Assembly (NCBI GenBank): GCA_944381165.1
Contig: CALWKC010000011.1
Span: forward strand, 4,225 to 68,224
DNA: 64,000 nt
Direction of reading: 5' to 3'
From: an uncultured Lachnospira sp.
GTDB lineage: Bacteria; Bacillota; Clostridia; Lachnospirales; Lachnospiraceae
In this document: positions 1-8,794 of the stretch, in pieces
How positions within the stretch are numbered: position 1 is the first letter of the stretch
Layout of the letters: each line of letters starts with the position of its first letter
The notes under the pieces: model-generated
Seen by the model: the letters and a program-made list of their open reading frames with translations, nothing else
What the model was told of the DNA's origin: nothing
Databases searched by the model: none
Position numbers and translations under genes: made by a program

Positions 1-492
1 TGGAAGCCGAAAACAAAAAAAACGTTCAGCGTGGCGGCTATCGATGATGCGCTTACGGTGAGACCGGCAAGGTATCAGGAGGCTGAAAAGATAAGTCTTG
101 AGCCTGCGAGGGAAATTGTGTTTGATGACGAGCTGGAGGAACAGCGAATAAACCATAATTATTCTTTTATTATGGAAAATCTTCTGGCAGCTCTGTCGGA
201 GAGAGCTAAGTTTACACTTGAGGAGTTTAACGGCGCTATGAGCCGTATGTATTCCGAAAATATTTTAAAGAACGCCGACTATTTTTCTTTTTTTGTAAAT
301 CTCTGCCAGAAAAAATTTTATGTAATCGGCGGGAAGGAAATGAGCAGCGAAAGTTTTCTTGACGACATATTAAAAAAACATTTTGCAGACAGGCAGCCGA
401 CATCGTTTTCCATTACAGAGTGCAGCACAAAAGTGCTTGAGCTCGCGCCCGGCTGCGAGGTTACAGATGTCATATTTCAGAGAGAAGGGTAA
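1..492 (+). CDS. 3' part of a gene entering from upstream of the window; candidate kleisin-type (MukF/MksF/JetA-like) partner of the downstream SMC-like ATPase
   Basis: Frame 1 is open from base 1 to the stop at 490-492, so the GTG at 31 is probably internal. It is the first of three tightly packed co-directional genes ending in a MukB-like ATPase. The functional call rests on gene order only. Confidence 0.35.
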   Translation, partial: WKPKTKKTFSVAAIDDALTVRPARYQEAEKISLEPAREIVFDDELEEQRINHNYSFIMENLLAALSERAKFTLEEFNGAMSRMYSENILKNADYFSFFVNLCQKKFYVIGGKEMSSESFLDDILKKHFADRQPTSFSITECSTKVLELAPGCEVTDVIFQREG

Positions 493-528
493 GATAATAA
501 ACGCAGTGTGCGCAGAAATGAGGATTTT

Positions 529-1359
529 ATGGACAGCAGAAATTTGGACAGGGCGCTTGATATTGTGTCAAGGCTTATAATGGGTGAAAATGTAAGCGAA
601 AAGGGAGCTGACGCGGCTCTTTATCAGGAATACAGCACAAATGCAGAGGTTTATGATATTGTGCAGATGTCTCTTAAGAAAATGAACCTGAATTTGTATG
701 AGTATAAAAACGCGCTGTATGTCAGCGCGGGGCAGAATAACGCAGTGTTTGGGTACACAAACGAGGAGCTGAAAAAGGAATTAGGAATTAAGCTAAACAA
801 GGAGCTGTATCTTGCATATTTTGTGGTATACAATACGATAACCAGTTTTTATACGGACACTGCTGCGACGACGTATGCTGAGTATGTGCGTATAGAGGAT
901 GTTGTTGAAAATGTAGACAAAGCAATAAACGGCATAATTGATAAAAGCGCCGGAATTGTTCTTGACGAGGTTGAGGAGAACAGTTTTAAGCAGATTGCCA
1001 TGAGCTGGGAGGAGCTTCCGGCGGCAACCGTTGAGGAGCAGTCGGGCGTCAGAGCGGCCAGAAATTCAAAAGCCGGGTTTGTCAAAATGGTGTTTAATTT
1101 TCTCATATCGCAGGAGCTTCTTGTGGAAAATCAGACGCTGTACCCTGGAGAACGGACACAGTTCGATAAAAACGCGGCGGCTTTAAGTGAAAGCTCTGCG
1201 CAGGGGGCGCGCTATTATCCTACCGACCGTTTCCGCGCTCTGATAGAGAATTATTTTGATGATTACAGGGGAAGGTTTTCTCAGCTTTTAATGAGCGATA
1301 AGCAAAAAAACAGCGCGGCTGTCGTCGGTGCGGATTTTCAGGGAGAGAGGGAGGAATAG
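529..1359 (+). CDS. Candidate MukE/MksE/JetB-like (KITE) subunit; otherwise hypothetical
   Basis: ORF 508-1359, with ATG 529 preceded by GAGGA. The stop lies 4 nt before the ATG of the SMC-like gene. Size and middle position fit the F-E-B order of Muk/Mks/Wadjet operons. No catalytic motif seen. Confidence 0.4.
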   Translation: MDSRNLDRALDIVSRLIMGENVSEKGADAALYQEYSTNAEVYDIVQMSLKKMNLNLYEYKNALYVSAGQNNAVFGYTNEELKKELGIKLNKELYLAYFVVYNTITSFYTDTAATTYAEYVRIEDVVENVDKAINGIIDKSAGIVLDEVEENSFKQIAMSWEELPAATVEEQSGVRAARNSKAGFVKMVFNFLISQELLVENQTLYPGERTQFDKNAAALSESSAQGARYYPTDRFRALIENYFDDYRGRFSQLLMSDKQKNSAAVVGADFQGEREE

Positions 1360-1362
1360 CTG

Positions 1363-4300
1363 ATGCCTCAGATAAACAGGATAAGAGTAAATAATGTAAA
1401 ATATAATTTCGGAACACAGGTGTATGATGACTTTATGATGCGCCCGAACTGCAGCAGCATGATTTATGATTTGGCAAACGGAGGGGGAAAGAGCCTTCTG
1501 ATGCTTATGCTTTTGCAGAATGTAATTCCAAACTGTACGCTTGACGAGAAACAGCCTGTTGAGAAGCTGTTTCGTCAGGGCGGAGGCAATACGGTTATTC
1601 ACTCTCTTATTGAGTGGAGGCTTGAGCCGTGCTACAGGAAAGACAATTATAAATACATGACGACCGGTTTCTGCGCGAGAAAGGCGAGGGCGTCAGGCGG
1701 AGCGTCAAAAGAGGAGGAAGGTTTTTCCGCTTCTTCGGGTATTGAATATTTTAATTATGTTATCTTTTACAGAGAATTCGGGGACAACGACATAAAAAAT
1801 TTACCGCTCACAAGCAACGGAGAGAGGATTACATACAATGGTCTCAAGGAGTATCTCAGAAATCTTGAAAAAAATGATTTCAGTGTGTCAGTAAGGATTT
1901 TTGACAGAAAGGGAGATTATCAGAACTTTCTTACACAGTACGGAATTTTTGAGAGCCAGTGGGAGATTATACGAGGTATCAATAAGACTGAGGGACATGT
2001 CAGGACATATTTTGAGACAAATTACAGGACAAGCCGTAAGGTTGTAGAGGATTTGCTGATTGAAGAGATTATCCAAAAATCATTTAACAACCGTCTTGGA
2101 GTTGACGATGATGAGGGAAAAATGGCGCAGACGCTTCTGGACATCAAGGATAAGCTGCTTGAGCTTTCAAAGAAGCATGCTCAGATTGGAAACTATGACA
2201 GACAGGTTGAAGCTGTTAAAGGGTTTGCGGAGTATGCAGCCTCTTTTGAGGATAATTTCCGTCAGAAGCAGGAGCTTGAAAATCAGCTGTATAGCCTGTT
2301 GGTTGAGTGTAAGAGGGCCGTGGTCTTAAATGAAGATGAGGCGGAAAGGTGCGCCGGTCTGCTGGAGAAGATGCAGCAGGAGCTTGACAGCGAGCAGTGC
2401 GCAATTCAGGCGGCGCAGATTGCGGCGGAGGAGAAATCTCTTGCGGGAGTTCGTGAGCTTGTTGCATCGGGCAACGCGCGGCTTGAGAGTTCAGACAGGC
2501 TCTATGCGCAGAAGAGAGAGCAGCTTAAACTTATGGAGTCGGCAAATGACTGTGCGGATTATGTGAGGTATGAAAATTCTCTGGCTCAGCTTAAGGAGAC
2601 GGTAGACAACCGCATGCTCAGTCATCGGAATATCACGTCAAGGCTTCATGATATTGCGGTAAAATTATATGAGAGTACGGAGGCTCAAAAGAAGAATTTT
2701 GAGGATCAGTGCAGTATTTTTGAAAGTCGTGTCACACAGTGCACAGCAGCTCTCGAAGCGGCACAGACAAGGCACAGGGAGTTTTTGAAAAAGCAGACCG
2801 CTGCGGAAAGTCTTGTGAAATTTTCAGGCAAGGAAATAGAGGGGGATGAGAGACAGCTTGCAGATTTAATGGAGAAATGCGGACTTCTGGTGGCTGAAAA
2901 TGCCGGGGCTGAGGCAGACAAGCTGACTGAGGAGCTTGAGCTGCGAAAGCAGGATATACTTCGCTGCGAGAGGGAATATGATGAGCTGAGTGCACAGTCG
3001 GCGAAAGTTCAGGCAGAACTTACAGGTATTGCAGTACGCCGTGATTTTGCTGAGAGCGAGCTTGAACGTGCGGCAAAAAAGCAGAAAATCGCTGAGGAAT
3101 ACCGTGAACAGCTTGAAAATCTTGCCAAAATATATAATGACGGAAATCTTGAACATCTCGACACGCGCATCGGCTCTTTCTATGAAAATGTGAGCCGTGA
3201 ACTTGACGAGACAGAGAAGGAGGCGTCAAGACTCACGGAGTTTATAGACAACGCTTCAGCCGGAACTTATAAATGCAGCGGGGCATACAGAGATAAGCTC
3301 AGAGACTATCTCAAGGCGCGTTATAAGGAGGATGTGGTCGAAGGACATGAGTGGTTTGCGGCGTTAAATGCAGGACAGAAGAGAGATGTGCTTAAGAGAG
3401 CTCCGTTCATTGAGTACAGTTTCATTATAAAAAATGATTTTGAGAGGATAAAAGAGGATATCGCCCTTATGAACTTTGAGCGCGGTGCGTACGCCGTGCC
3501 GATTGTCAGCGAACAGGTGCTTTACGACACAAAGCTTGAGGTTAATAAAGAGCTCGTGGCGTTTGCAATGAAGGATATGGGCTTCTTAAGAGACGAGACG
3601 CGTCTTAAGTCGGAGCTTGACGCTGCGAGGGAAGAGCTTGAAGGCTTAAATCACAGGCTGAATAAGCTAAGAGACAGAAAGCAGGTAGTGTGGGGCGATT
3701 ACCTCTGCGTGCTGCGTCAGTACGCGGCTTCGGACCTTGAAGAGCTGTCGGATTTGAAGAATTTAAAGAAAAGTCTTTCTGAGTGCGAGGAGGATGAAAA
3801 ACGGCTTAAAATGCAGTCGGAGCAGTTAAGGCTGAGCGCTGAAAAATCAGGGGAAATGCTTGAGCAGTCTAAGGCGCAGTATACGCAGGACTGCGGAAGA
3901 CTTGAGCTTCTGCATCTTGTAGCGGGGCAGAGCAGAAGGCTGTCTGAAAAATACGAAAAGCGCGGAGAGGCAGCAAGAGAGGCATCGGAAGCCGAGCAAA
4001 GCGCTTCGGCAGCAAAGGAGGAGGCAGAAAGGTATGCCGGCGAGCTCAGGCAGGCAAAGGATATGCTGGCTTTAGCAAGGGAGAAATTTGAAAAGATAAC
4101 AAGAGACTGGGAAGAAAACTACAGACGGTTTTATGAGATGGAGCCTGAAAATAATACAGAAGCGGAAGTTAATGGCAGTGATTTGTCGGAACTGACGACA
4201 GGACAGCTTGAGAGCCGCTTTTTCGGACTCAGGGAAATTCTGGATAAAGAAACAGTGGATGTTGCTGATAAGGAGGCTCTTATGCAGCACTGCCGCGTGT

Positions 4301-5823
4301 CGATGGAAAAATGCCGCAGGTCGGTTGAGTACAGGGGCTCTGATTTCAGTCAGGTTATGAGAAAGCTGTCTGAAGGCGAGGTTAAAGAGAGCGCTGCCGC
4401 CGAATTAATGGAAATTAAAAACCTTCTCGTTAAAATTGAAAATGAGACCAGAGCACAGCGCGAGGAGCTTGATGCTCAGAATGCACTTATGAACAGACTT
4501 GAGGGAAGCATCGCGCACGGCATACATCAGATTGAGGAGCGCTTCGGCGCATATACTCCCGTACAGTGCGAAAATCCCGAGTTATTTGAAAAACAGCACA
4601 GAGAGCTTGTGGGGAAGCTACGGTCAAACATGAAGGATGTAAAGAAAAGGCAGGCGGAGCAGAGTAAAAAGCTTAAAAATTTATATCTGTGCGAGAGAGA
4701 TTTAGAGCGTATTGTGACGGAGGCGGGCATGGCTGTACCGGATAAAAATGTTTTGCGGCAGGAGTCAGCCGGGGAGCTGAAAACAGATGCAGAACTTTCT
4801 TCATATGAGGCTGTCTCTAAGGAATACGCCAAGTGCATGAAGCTTATGGAACGCCGAAGAGAGGATTTCCTTAAACAGAAACAGAAGCTTGCCGAACACC
4901 TTGTCAGGCTCAATGCTTCAGAACTTGCTGCTCAGATAAGCCAGTCAGCCGCGGCGCCGGGAAATATTGACGAGGCGAGGACGCTGTCAGAGGCACTTCT
5001 TCGGACCAATGAATATATTATTCTTGAAAAGGATAGAATTTCAAAGGGAATAGAGGATATGGAGCAGATTAAGCGCAATTTTGAAAGCCGATGCGTACAG
5101 ACCTGCTGTAATATTAAGACAGAGCTTGACAGACTTCCAAAGCTCTCGACTATTACTATGGACGACGAGATCATTTCAATGATTGGTCTGCAGATTCCAT
5201 ATGTAAAAGAAGAATTTTACGGCGACAGAATGTCCTCGTATATAGATGAGACGGTAACTATGGCGGAGAGCTTTGAGTCAGCCGAGGAGCGGCTTAAATA
5301 TATCAGAAACAGACTTACATGGAAGCGTATGTTTTCTGTGATTGTAACGGATATGAACGCTGTCAGAGTACAGCTTTATAAGCGGGAGAGGATAAAAGAC
5401 CAGAGCCGTTATCTGAGGTATGAGGAGGCGGTGGGCTCAACTGGACAGTCTCAGGGTATTTATATACAGTTCCTGATTGCGGTTATCAACTATATAGCAA
5501 GTATAAATGCGTCGGCCGATGAGACCGAGGTAATCGGAAAGACTATTTTCATAGACAACCCTTTTGGAGCTGCAAAGGATATTTATATCTGGGAGCCTAT
5601 TTTCAAGCTTTTAAAGACTAATCATGTTCAGCTCATTGTTCCTGCCAGAGGCGCAACACCTGCTATTACGGGACGTTTTGACGTAAATTATATTCTGGGT
5701 CAGAAGCTTGTTGATAACAGACAGCAGACGGTTGTCGTTGATTATTACAGCAAAACTGACACGTCTCAGCTTGAATATACGAGAATGGATTATGAACAGG
5801 CAAGCTTTGATTTTTTTGAGTGA
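1363..5823 (+). CDS. MukB/MksB/JetC-like SMC-family ATPase, 1486 aa
   Basis: SD GGGAGGAA precedes ATG 1363. The N-terminal head reads INRIRVNNVKYNF...LANGGGKSLLMLMLLQNVIPNCTL (Walker A, same layout as MukB [25 protein letters not shown]). More than 1000 aa of E/K/L/Q-rich coiled coil is interrupted by a hinge-like segment (RAPFIEYSFIIKND...AYAVPIV). The C-terminal head has STGQSQGIYIQFLIAV (signature-like), TIFIDNPFG (Walker B) and VQLIVPARG. Confidence 0.75.
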   Translation: MPQINRIRVNNVKYNFGTQVYDDFMMRPNCSSMIYDLANGGGKSLLMLMLLQNVIPNCTLDEKQPVEKLFRQGGGNTVIHSLIEWRLEPCYRKDNYKYMTTGFCARKARASGGASKEEEGFSASSGIEYFNYVIFYREFGDNDIKNLPLTSNGERITYNGLKEYLRNLEKNDFSVSVRIFDRKGDYQNFLTQYGIFESQWEIIRGINKTEGHVRTYFETNYRTSRKVVEDLLIEEIIQKSFNNRLGVDDDEGKMAQTLLDIKDKLLELSKKHAQIGNYDRQVEAVKGFAEYAASFEDNFRQKQELENQLYSLLVECKRAVVLNEDEAERCAGLLEKMQQELDSEQCAIQAAQIAAEEKSLAGVRELVASGNARLESSDRLYAQKREQLKLMESANDCADYVRYENSLAQLKETVDNRMLSHRNITSRLHDIAVKLYESTEAQKKNFEDQCSIFESRVTQCTAALEAAQTRHREFLKKQTAAESLVKFSGKEIEGDERQLADLMEKCGLLVAENAGAEADKLTEELELRKQDILRCEREYDELSAQSAKVQAELTGIAVRRDFAESELERAAKKQKIAEEYREQLENLAKIYNDGNLEHLDTRIGSFYENVSRELDETEKEASRLTEFIDNASAGTYKCSGAYRDKLRDYLKARYKEDVVEGHEWFAALNAGQKRDVLKRAPFIEYSFIIKNDFERIKEDIALMNFERGAYAVPIVSEQVLYDTKLEVNKELVAFAMKDMGFLRDETRLKSELDAAREELEGLNHRLNKLRDRKQVVWGDYLCVLRQYAASDLEELSDLKNLKKSLSECEEDEKRLKMQSEQLRLSAEKSGEMLEQSKAQYTQDCGRLELLHLVAGQSRRLSEKYEKRGEAAREASEAEQSASAAKEEAERYAGELRQAKDMLALAREKFEKITRDWEENYRRFYEMEPENNTEAEVNGSDLSELTTGQLESRFFGLREILDKETVDVADKEALMQHCRVSMEKCRRSVEYRGSDFSQVMRKLSEGEVKESAAAELMEIKNLLVKIENETRAQREELDAQNALMNRLEGSIAHGIHQIEERFGAYTPVQCENPELFEKQHRELVGKLRSNMKDVKKRQAEQSKKLKNLYLCERDLERIVTEAGMAVPDKNVLRQESAGELKTDAELSSYEAVSKEYAKCMKLMERRREDFLKQKQKLAEHLVRLNASELAAQISQSAAAPGNIDEARTLSEALLRTNEYIILEKDRISKGIEDMEQIKRNFESRCVQTCCNIKTELDRLPKLSTITMDDEIISMIGLQIPYVKEEFYGDRMSSYIDETVTMAESFESAEERLKYIRNRLTWKRMFSVIVTDMNAVRVQLYKRERIKDQSRYLRYEEAVGSTGQSQGIYIQFLIAVINYIASINASADETEVIGKTIFIDNPFGAAKDIYIWEPIFKLLKTNHVQLIVPARGATPAITGRFDVNYILGQKLVDNRQQTVVVDYYSKTDTSQLEYTRMDYEQASFDFFE

Positions 5824-6073
5824 CAATGGAGGGGCATTTTTCTGATAACAAGTTTACAAGCGACTTAGGCTGTGATAAACTTATGACATGTATGCAGGAA
5901 AGAAAAATAGTGCATATATGCTTAAAATACGACCAGAGAATGTCCGGAAAATTCAATCGAGCTGTTTAATCGGATTTACAGACAATAATATATTAATTTG
6001 ATTTCGGCTGTAAAAATTTGATTTTTGTCGGATTGATTACATAAAATATGATTAGTAAAGGTGGCGTCTGATT

Positions 6074-8767
6074 TTGGATAAATATGAAATGAATCTTAAA
6101 ATTGAACAGATTAAGCAGCTTGCGGCGAAAAAAAATTATAAAGAGGCTGCTGCTATTGCAAAAGATATGAGCTGGCATAAGGTAAAGGATTGGTCCGCGC
6201 TTGCAACGGCAATCAATGTTCAGGAGGCGGTAGGCGATTATGAGGAGGCAAGAGATATGGCTATTCTTGCCTACAACCGCAATCTCGGCGGAAGAAAGCT
6301 GGTGTACAAGCTGACTGAGCTTATGATTAAGCTCAAACAGTTTGATGACGCGGACGGATTGTATGAAGAATATGAGAGAATGTCTCAGCATGATGTGAGC
6401 AGATACGTTCTCTATTATATTCTGAGAAAAGCCGAGGGGGCATCGGATAATGAGCTTGTCGAGATACTGGAGGATTACAAAAATCAGGAAATTGACGAGA
6501 AGTATATGTATGAGCTGGCTGAGCTGTATGCCAAAACCGGAAGAAGGGATGAGTGCGTAAAGGCATGTGATGAGCTTGCTCTTTTATTCCAGGACGGTAT
6601 CTATGTAGAGAAGGCAATGAAGCTTAAACAGGGACTTGGAGCGCCTCTCACTACCATGCAGATTAAGATTATTGACGGCGCACTTAATAAGGAAGAAAAA
6701 GACGAAAAGACTAAGGAAATTCTGTTTGAGCAGCAGCAGGAGCTTGCCCGCATAAGACAGGATGATATAGAGGAGGCTCTGAGCGAGGATGCCGAAAAGC
6801 TTGAGGCAGCAGCTCTTGAGCCGGAGGTTGATTTTGAGGAGTCTGAAAGCGAGCCTTTGGAGCCGGAAAATAACGCGGCGGAGGCTGTGACGCTTGAGGC
6901 GGTTGAGAAGGAGAAAGAGGCGCAGCCGGAAGCCAAGAAACAGAATGAAGAGCAGAATGAGTCTGTATTTAAGATGGCGCACAGGGCTGCTGAGAGTTCC
7001 GCGGCTAACAAGCCGGGGCAGATGCCGGAATCTCTCAAAGAGCTTATTGAGAACGCAAAGAAGAAGATTGAGAACAGTTATGACAGAATGAGCCGTGAAA
7101 ACGAGGAAGAGCGGCTTAGAGAAGAGCGGGCAGAAGCGGAGCGTCATATAAGGGAAAGAGAGGACGCTATGGAAATCGACGCTGTCAGCGTGCCGACCTA
7201 TAATAATATATATGATACACAGAATATACAGGCACAGCTCGCCAAAAATCTCAGTGAAATGCTTGACGACGAGCAGGATTCACAGATATTCAGACCGAAT
7301 CCGGTTCATCCGCAGAATGAGGAGAACGCCGGAGAGGAGACGCAGGATGATGAGCAGATAGAGGGACAGTTAAGTCTTGCAGATTGGATAGAGTCTGTGC
7401 GCGAGCAGAAGTACGGAAACAGGGATACGAAGGAGTACTCAAAAGAAGAGCTTGAGCGCATGCTCGATGAGAAGGATGAAAAGAGCGCTGCTTACGAGAG
7501 AATTATGGAGGAGCAGAAGGCTATCGCACGGGCTTCAGGCACAGAGTTTAACGAAGAAGAGGCCAAGCTTAAAGCCAGAAGCCAGATGATGCTTCATGCG
7601 GCAAAGACAGACTTAGCGATACGCACGGGCAAAGCAGTCCTTAAGCTTGAGGAGGCTGTCAAAGGATTTAAGGAACAAAGTTCGGGCGTACAGCAGGAGC
7701 TTACTGCTACTGTAGAAGCAGATGCCGCTGTTACACAGCCTGACGGGACAGGAACTGACAAAAAGCAGCAGGAGCCAACAGAGGTGTCGCTTGACACTGC
7801 GGAGCTTGTCAATATATCAGAGGAGATGCTTGAAAAGATTGTCAGCCAGGAGCTTGATGCGGCTGCTTCCGAGCAGGAGGCAGAGCAGGACAGCGGTGTT
7901 GTGGGCGAGCTTGTCGAGGAGGAGAAGCCGCGCAGAATAAAACCGGAGCAGGTTAAGAAAGAGGAGCCGGTTGTAGATGATATTGAGCAGACGGTTGATG
8001 ATAACAGAAAGTTAAGCGGAGACCTTGCAAAGATTTTCAGAAAGTACAGAGAGATGCCGGGGCTTGAGAGCCAGCTTGTCGAATATTTTGATACACTCGA
8101 CGAGGAGATGCGTCTTGCGAACTCTTCACGCGGAAATATTCTTATTTCAGGAAATTCAAGCTCGGACAAGACTGATTTGGCAAGAACTATTGTCAGAGCT
8201 ATCAATCATTTGTACCCTGACAATCCTAAAAAGATTGCGAAAACCACAGGTGACAGTATAAATCACAGAGGAATAAGCAAGGCTATGAGTAAGCTCAGAG
8301 GAACTGCTCTTATTGTTGAGGGAGCAGGGTCTATACATCCTAAGCGTATTTCGGAGATTATGGAATGTCTTGAGCAGGATACAGACAGAATGATTGTTAT
8401 TTTTGAGGATTCAGATGCGGAGATGAATGTTCTGCTTAATTTTAATCCTGATTTGACGAAGAAGTTTAATCACAGAATTGTGCTTAAACAATATACGGTA
8501 AACGAGCTTGTTGAAATGGCCAGAAAGTTTGCCCGCAAGCGTCAGTATGAGGTTGATGACGACGCACTGCTTGAATTATATTTAAAAATTGATAAGCTTC
8601 ACAGTGTAACAGATAATATTCGTCTGGATGACATTAAGGAAATTATAAATAAAGCCATAGCCCATTCCGAGAAGCGCGCTTCAAGGAGATTTTTCGGCGG
8701 TATAAAGAAGAAACGCGGTGAAAACGGCGATATATTCTTCCTGTCTGAGGCTGATTTTAAAGATTGA
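6074..8767 (+). CDS. TPR-like N-terminus, long acidic low-complexity linker, C-terminal SpoVK/CbbX-type AAA+ domain with degenerate Walker A and B
   Basis: TTG 6074 lies 9 nt after AAAGGTGG. The C-terminal ~230 aa align by eye to SpoVK: NILISGNSSSDKTDLARTIV vs HMIFKGNPGTGKTTVARILG; GTALIVEGAGSI vs GGILFIDEAYSL; LLNFNPDLTKKFNHRIVLKQYTVNEL vs FLSLNPGLQSRFPISIDFPDYSVTQL. Confidence 0.65.
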   Translation: MDKYEMNLKIEQIKQLAAKKNYKEAAAIAKDMSWHKVKDWSALATAINVQEAVGDYEEARDMAILAYNRNLGGRKLVYKLTELMIKLKQFDDADGLYEEYERMSQHDVSRYVLYYILRKAEGASDNELVEILEDYKNQEIDEKYMYELAELYAKTGRRDECVKACDELALLFQDGIYVEKAMKLKQGLGAPLTTMQIKIIDGALNKEEKDEKTKEILFEQQQELARIRQDDIEEALSEDAEKLEAAALEPEVDFEESESEPLEPENNAAEAVTLEAVEKEKEAQPEAKKQNEEQNESVFKMAHRAAESSAANKPGQMPESLKELIENAKKKIENSYDRMSRENEEERLREERAEAERHIREREDAMEIDAVSVPTYNNIYDTQNIQAQLAKNLSEMLDDEQDSQIFRPNPVHPQNEENAGEETQDDEQIEGQLSLADWIESVREQKYGNRDTKEYSKEELERMLDEKDEKSAAYERIMEEQKAIARASGTEFNEEEAKLKARSQMMLHAAKTDLAIRTGKAVLKLEEAVKGFKEQSSGVQQELTATVEADAAVTQPDGTGTDKKQQEPTEVSLDTAELVNISEEMLEKIVSQELDAAASEQEAEQDSGVVGELVEEEKPRRIKPEQVKKEEPVVDDIEQTVDDNRKLSGDLAKIFRKYREMPGLESQLVEYFDTLDEEMRLANSSRGNILISGNSSSDKTDLARTIVRAINHLYPDNPKKIAKTTGDSINHRGISKAMSKLRGTALIVEGAGSIHPKRISEIMECLEQDTDRMIVIFEDSDAEMNVLLNFNPDLTKKFNHRIVLKQYTVNELVEMARKFARKRQYEVDDDALLELYLKIDKLHSVTDNIRLDDIKEIINKAIAHSEKRASRRFFGGIKKKRGENGDIFFLSEADFKD

Positions 8768-8794
8768 TAAAACTAATTGAGTGGAGGAGAATAA

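Noticed and set aside
383-580. The small overlapping ORF 383-580 (+) bridging the first two genes.
   Set aside because: It is out of frame with both flanking genes of the SMC-like operon, is Arg/Ser/Cys-rich, and has no SD. It is most likely a spurious ORF.
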